A stretch of DNA of 64,000 nucleotides from Penicillus capitatus (Eukaryota; Plantae; Chlorophyta): NCBI GenBank assembly GCA_965649825.1, contig OZ287694.1, positions 929,197 to 993,196 on the forward strand, written 5' to 3'. Position 1 is the first letter of the stretch. Each line of letters starts with the position of its first letter. A program made the position numbers and the translations under genes. The notes under the pieces are model-generated. The model made no database searches. It saw nothing but the letters and a program-made list of their open reading frames with translations, and had not been told where the DNA came from. Positions 62,987 through 64,000 of this stretch are shown one piece after another.

Positions 62987-64000
62987 TCAGCTAAGCTGTG
63001 CTCGTCCATTAACGCATAGATGTGGTTGAGGATCTATCAATAAAGGGAGATGTCTTTTCCAACAGTACTTGTTTTGCTGAGCTTTTCGAATAATCCTGCC
63101 GGCGATGAAGTGGTTTCCAACGTGTGTTCTGCCATCCAAGGTATGATTCGCCTTATATACGAATGGTTTTTGCAATACACACAGACAACAGACTCGATAT
63201 TGAATCATGGCGTCGACACAATACGTCGTTTTGCCAATTTGTGTTCATCGCTTTCAGATTGCTTTGTTCTTTTCCTCTTTGAATGTCATTGTCATGTCAT
63301 TGTACATTTTATGGCCAACCAAGATATATCATGCGATTCATTTACATTGTGGAAACAACTCAATCCCTCGTACTGGTCGTGATTTTCAAGCTGTTGTTGA
63401 CCTTTGTTTCAGGGGGATGCCTCTCAATTACATTAAGTATAAACAACATACCATCCCGCCAAATAGCTGCCAGTTTAGTTGAATCGGCAGCAACGCACAT
63501 AAGACTGAGTCGCCCGTCGACTCTCAAAAAACCCAGTAGCAATGATCAGCAGTGATCTATGTGTCCACTTCTACGACTGAACGCGACAACCAGAGATCCG
63601 ACAACGTTGGCGTGTGCCAGAATGAAATCTGCGTGTCTCGAGTCGTGCTTGCCAACGAGCAGTGAGAAGTTGAATGATCTGTACGTTGGAAATGAAAGGT
63701 AGTGCGCAGGAGCCACGAGACCCGCCAACGCAATGTCGTGCTTTCTAGCCATCAGCCGTGGCAGCACGAGAGGCGGAATGGGAATTGCAACACAACAGAC
63801 AGCGAACAAACGACGGTGTGCGTCTTCCATTGCGCCCGGCATCGCGCATAGGCTTTGTCTCGTCGATCGTCGGCAACGGCGCTTGGTTCATTTGATTGAT
63901 CAGCAGAAATGTCGAAGAGTGTGTTCGTCGAGATCGGCAACAACACCGAAACGGGCTTGCTCTTCTAAAGATACCTAACAACAAACAACACTGTTGCCTC

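Noticed and set aside
63050-64000. LRR-like fragment (LSFSNNPAGDEV) and a possible terminal exon of an off-window gene
   Set aside because: Single short motif, and truncated context at the window edge.
1-64000. tRNA/rRNA genes, intact transposase or reverse transcriptase, reassigned TAA/TAG codons
   Set aside because: None recognised. Conserved genes have no internal TAA/TAG and end at expected stops, so the standard code applies.

Overview
This is eukaryotic nuclear DNA from a chlorophyte green alga. It contains an LHCA9-type antenna gene, cytochrome c6 and many plastid transit peptides. The genetic code is standard and the genome is very compact, with mostly 40-65 nt introns. A siphonous or ulvophyte origin is only a guess. 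The left ~25 kb looks accessory. It has two paralogous giant beta-helix (Pmp-like), Cys-rich, multi-pass membrane genes and LRR genes (one intact, one decayed). It also has three members of an unnamed secreted protein family with conserved exon structure and a new ~60-aa Cys domain, plus a CGATCG-rich island. The region 25-62 kb is densely packed, mostly housekeeping genes: Na+/solute symporter, a tandem pair of divergent EgtD-like methyltransferases, Fer4-MBL hydrolase, DENR, DUF3783, LYR, DUF1997, MRG, GNAT, UBC2, importin-alpha, LHCA9, MATE, CYC6, MKP1, FIP1/TMEM192 and aminopeptidase P. The top signals are four. (1) A single gene fuses AdoMetDC and ODC, preceded by a homolog of the land-plant AdoMetDC conserved-peptide uORF. 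(2) The new secreted-domain family. (3) Tandem EgtD-fold methyltransferases with a rewritten substrate pocket. (4) A three-gene same-strand run with an ATGA stop/start overlap, suggesting a polycistronic mRNA. All family assignments are from motif recognition by eye; no searches were run. Gene spans include introns.
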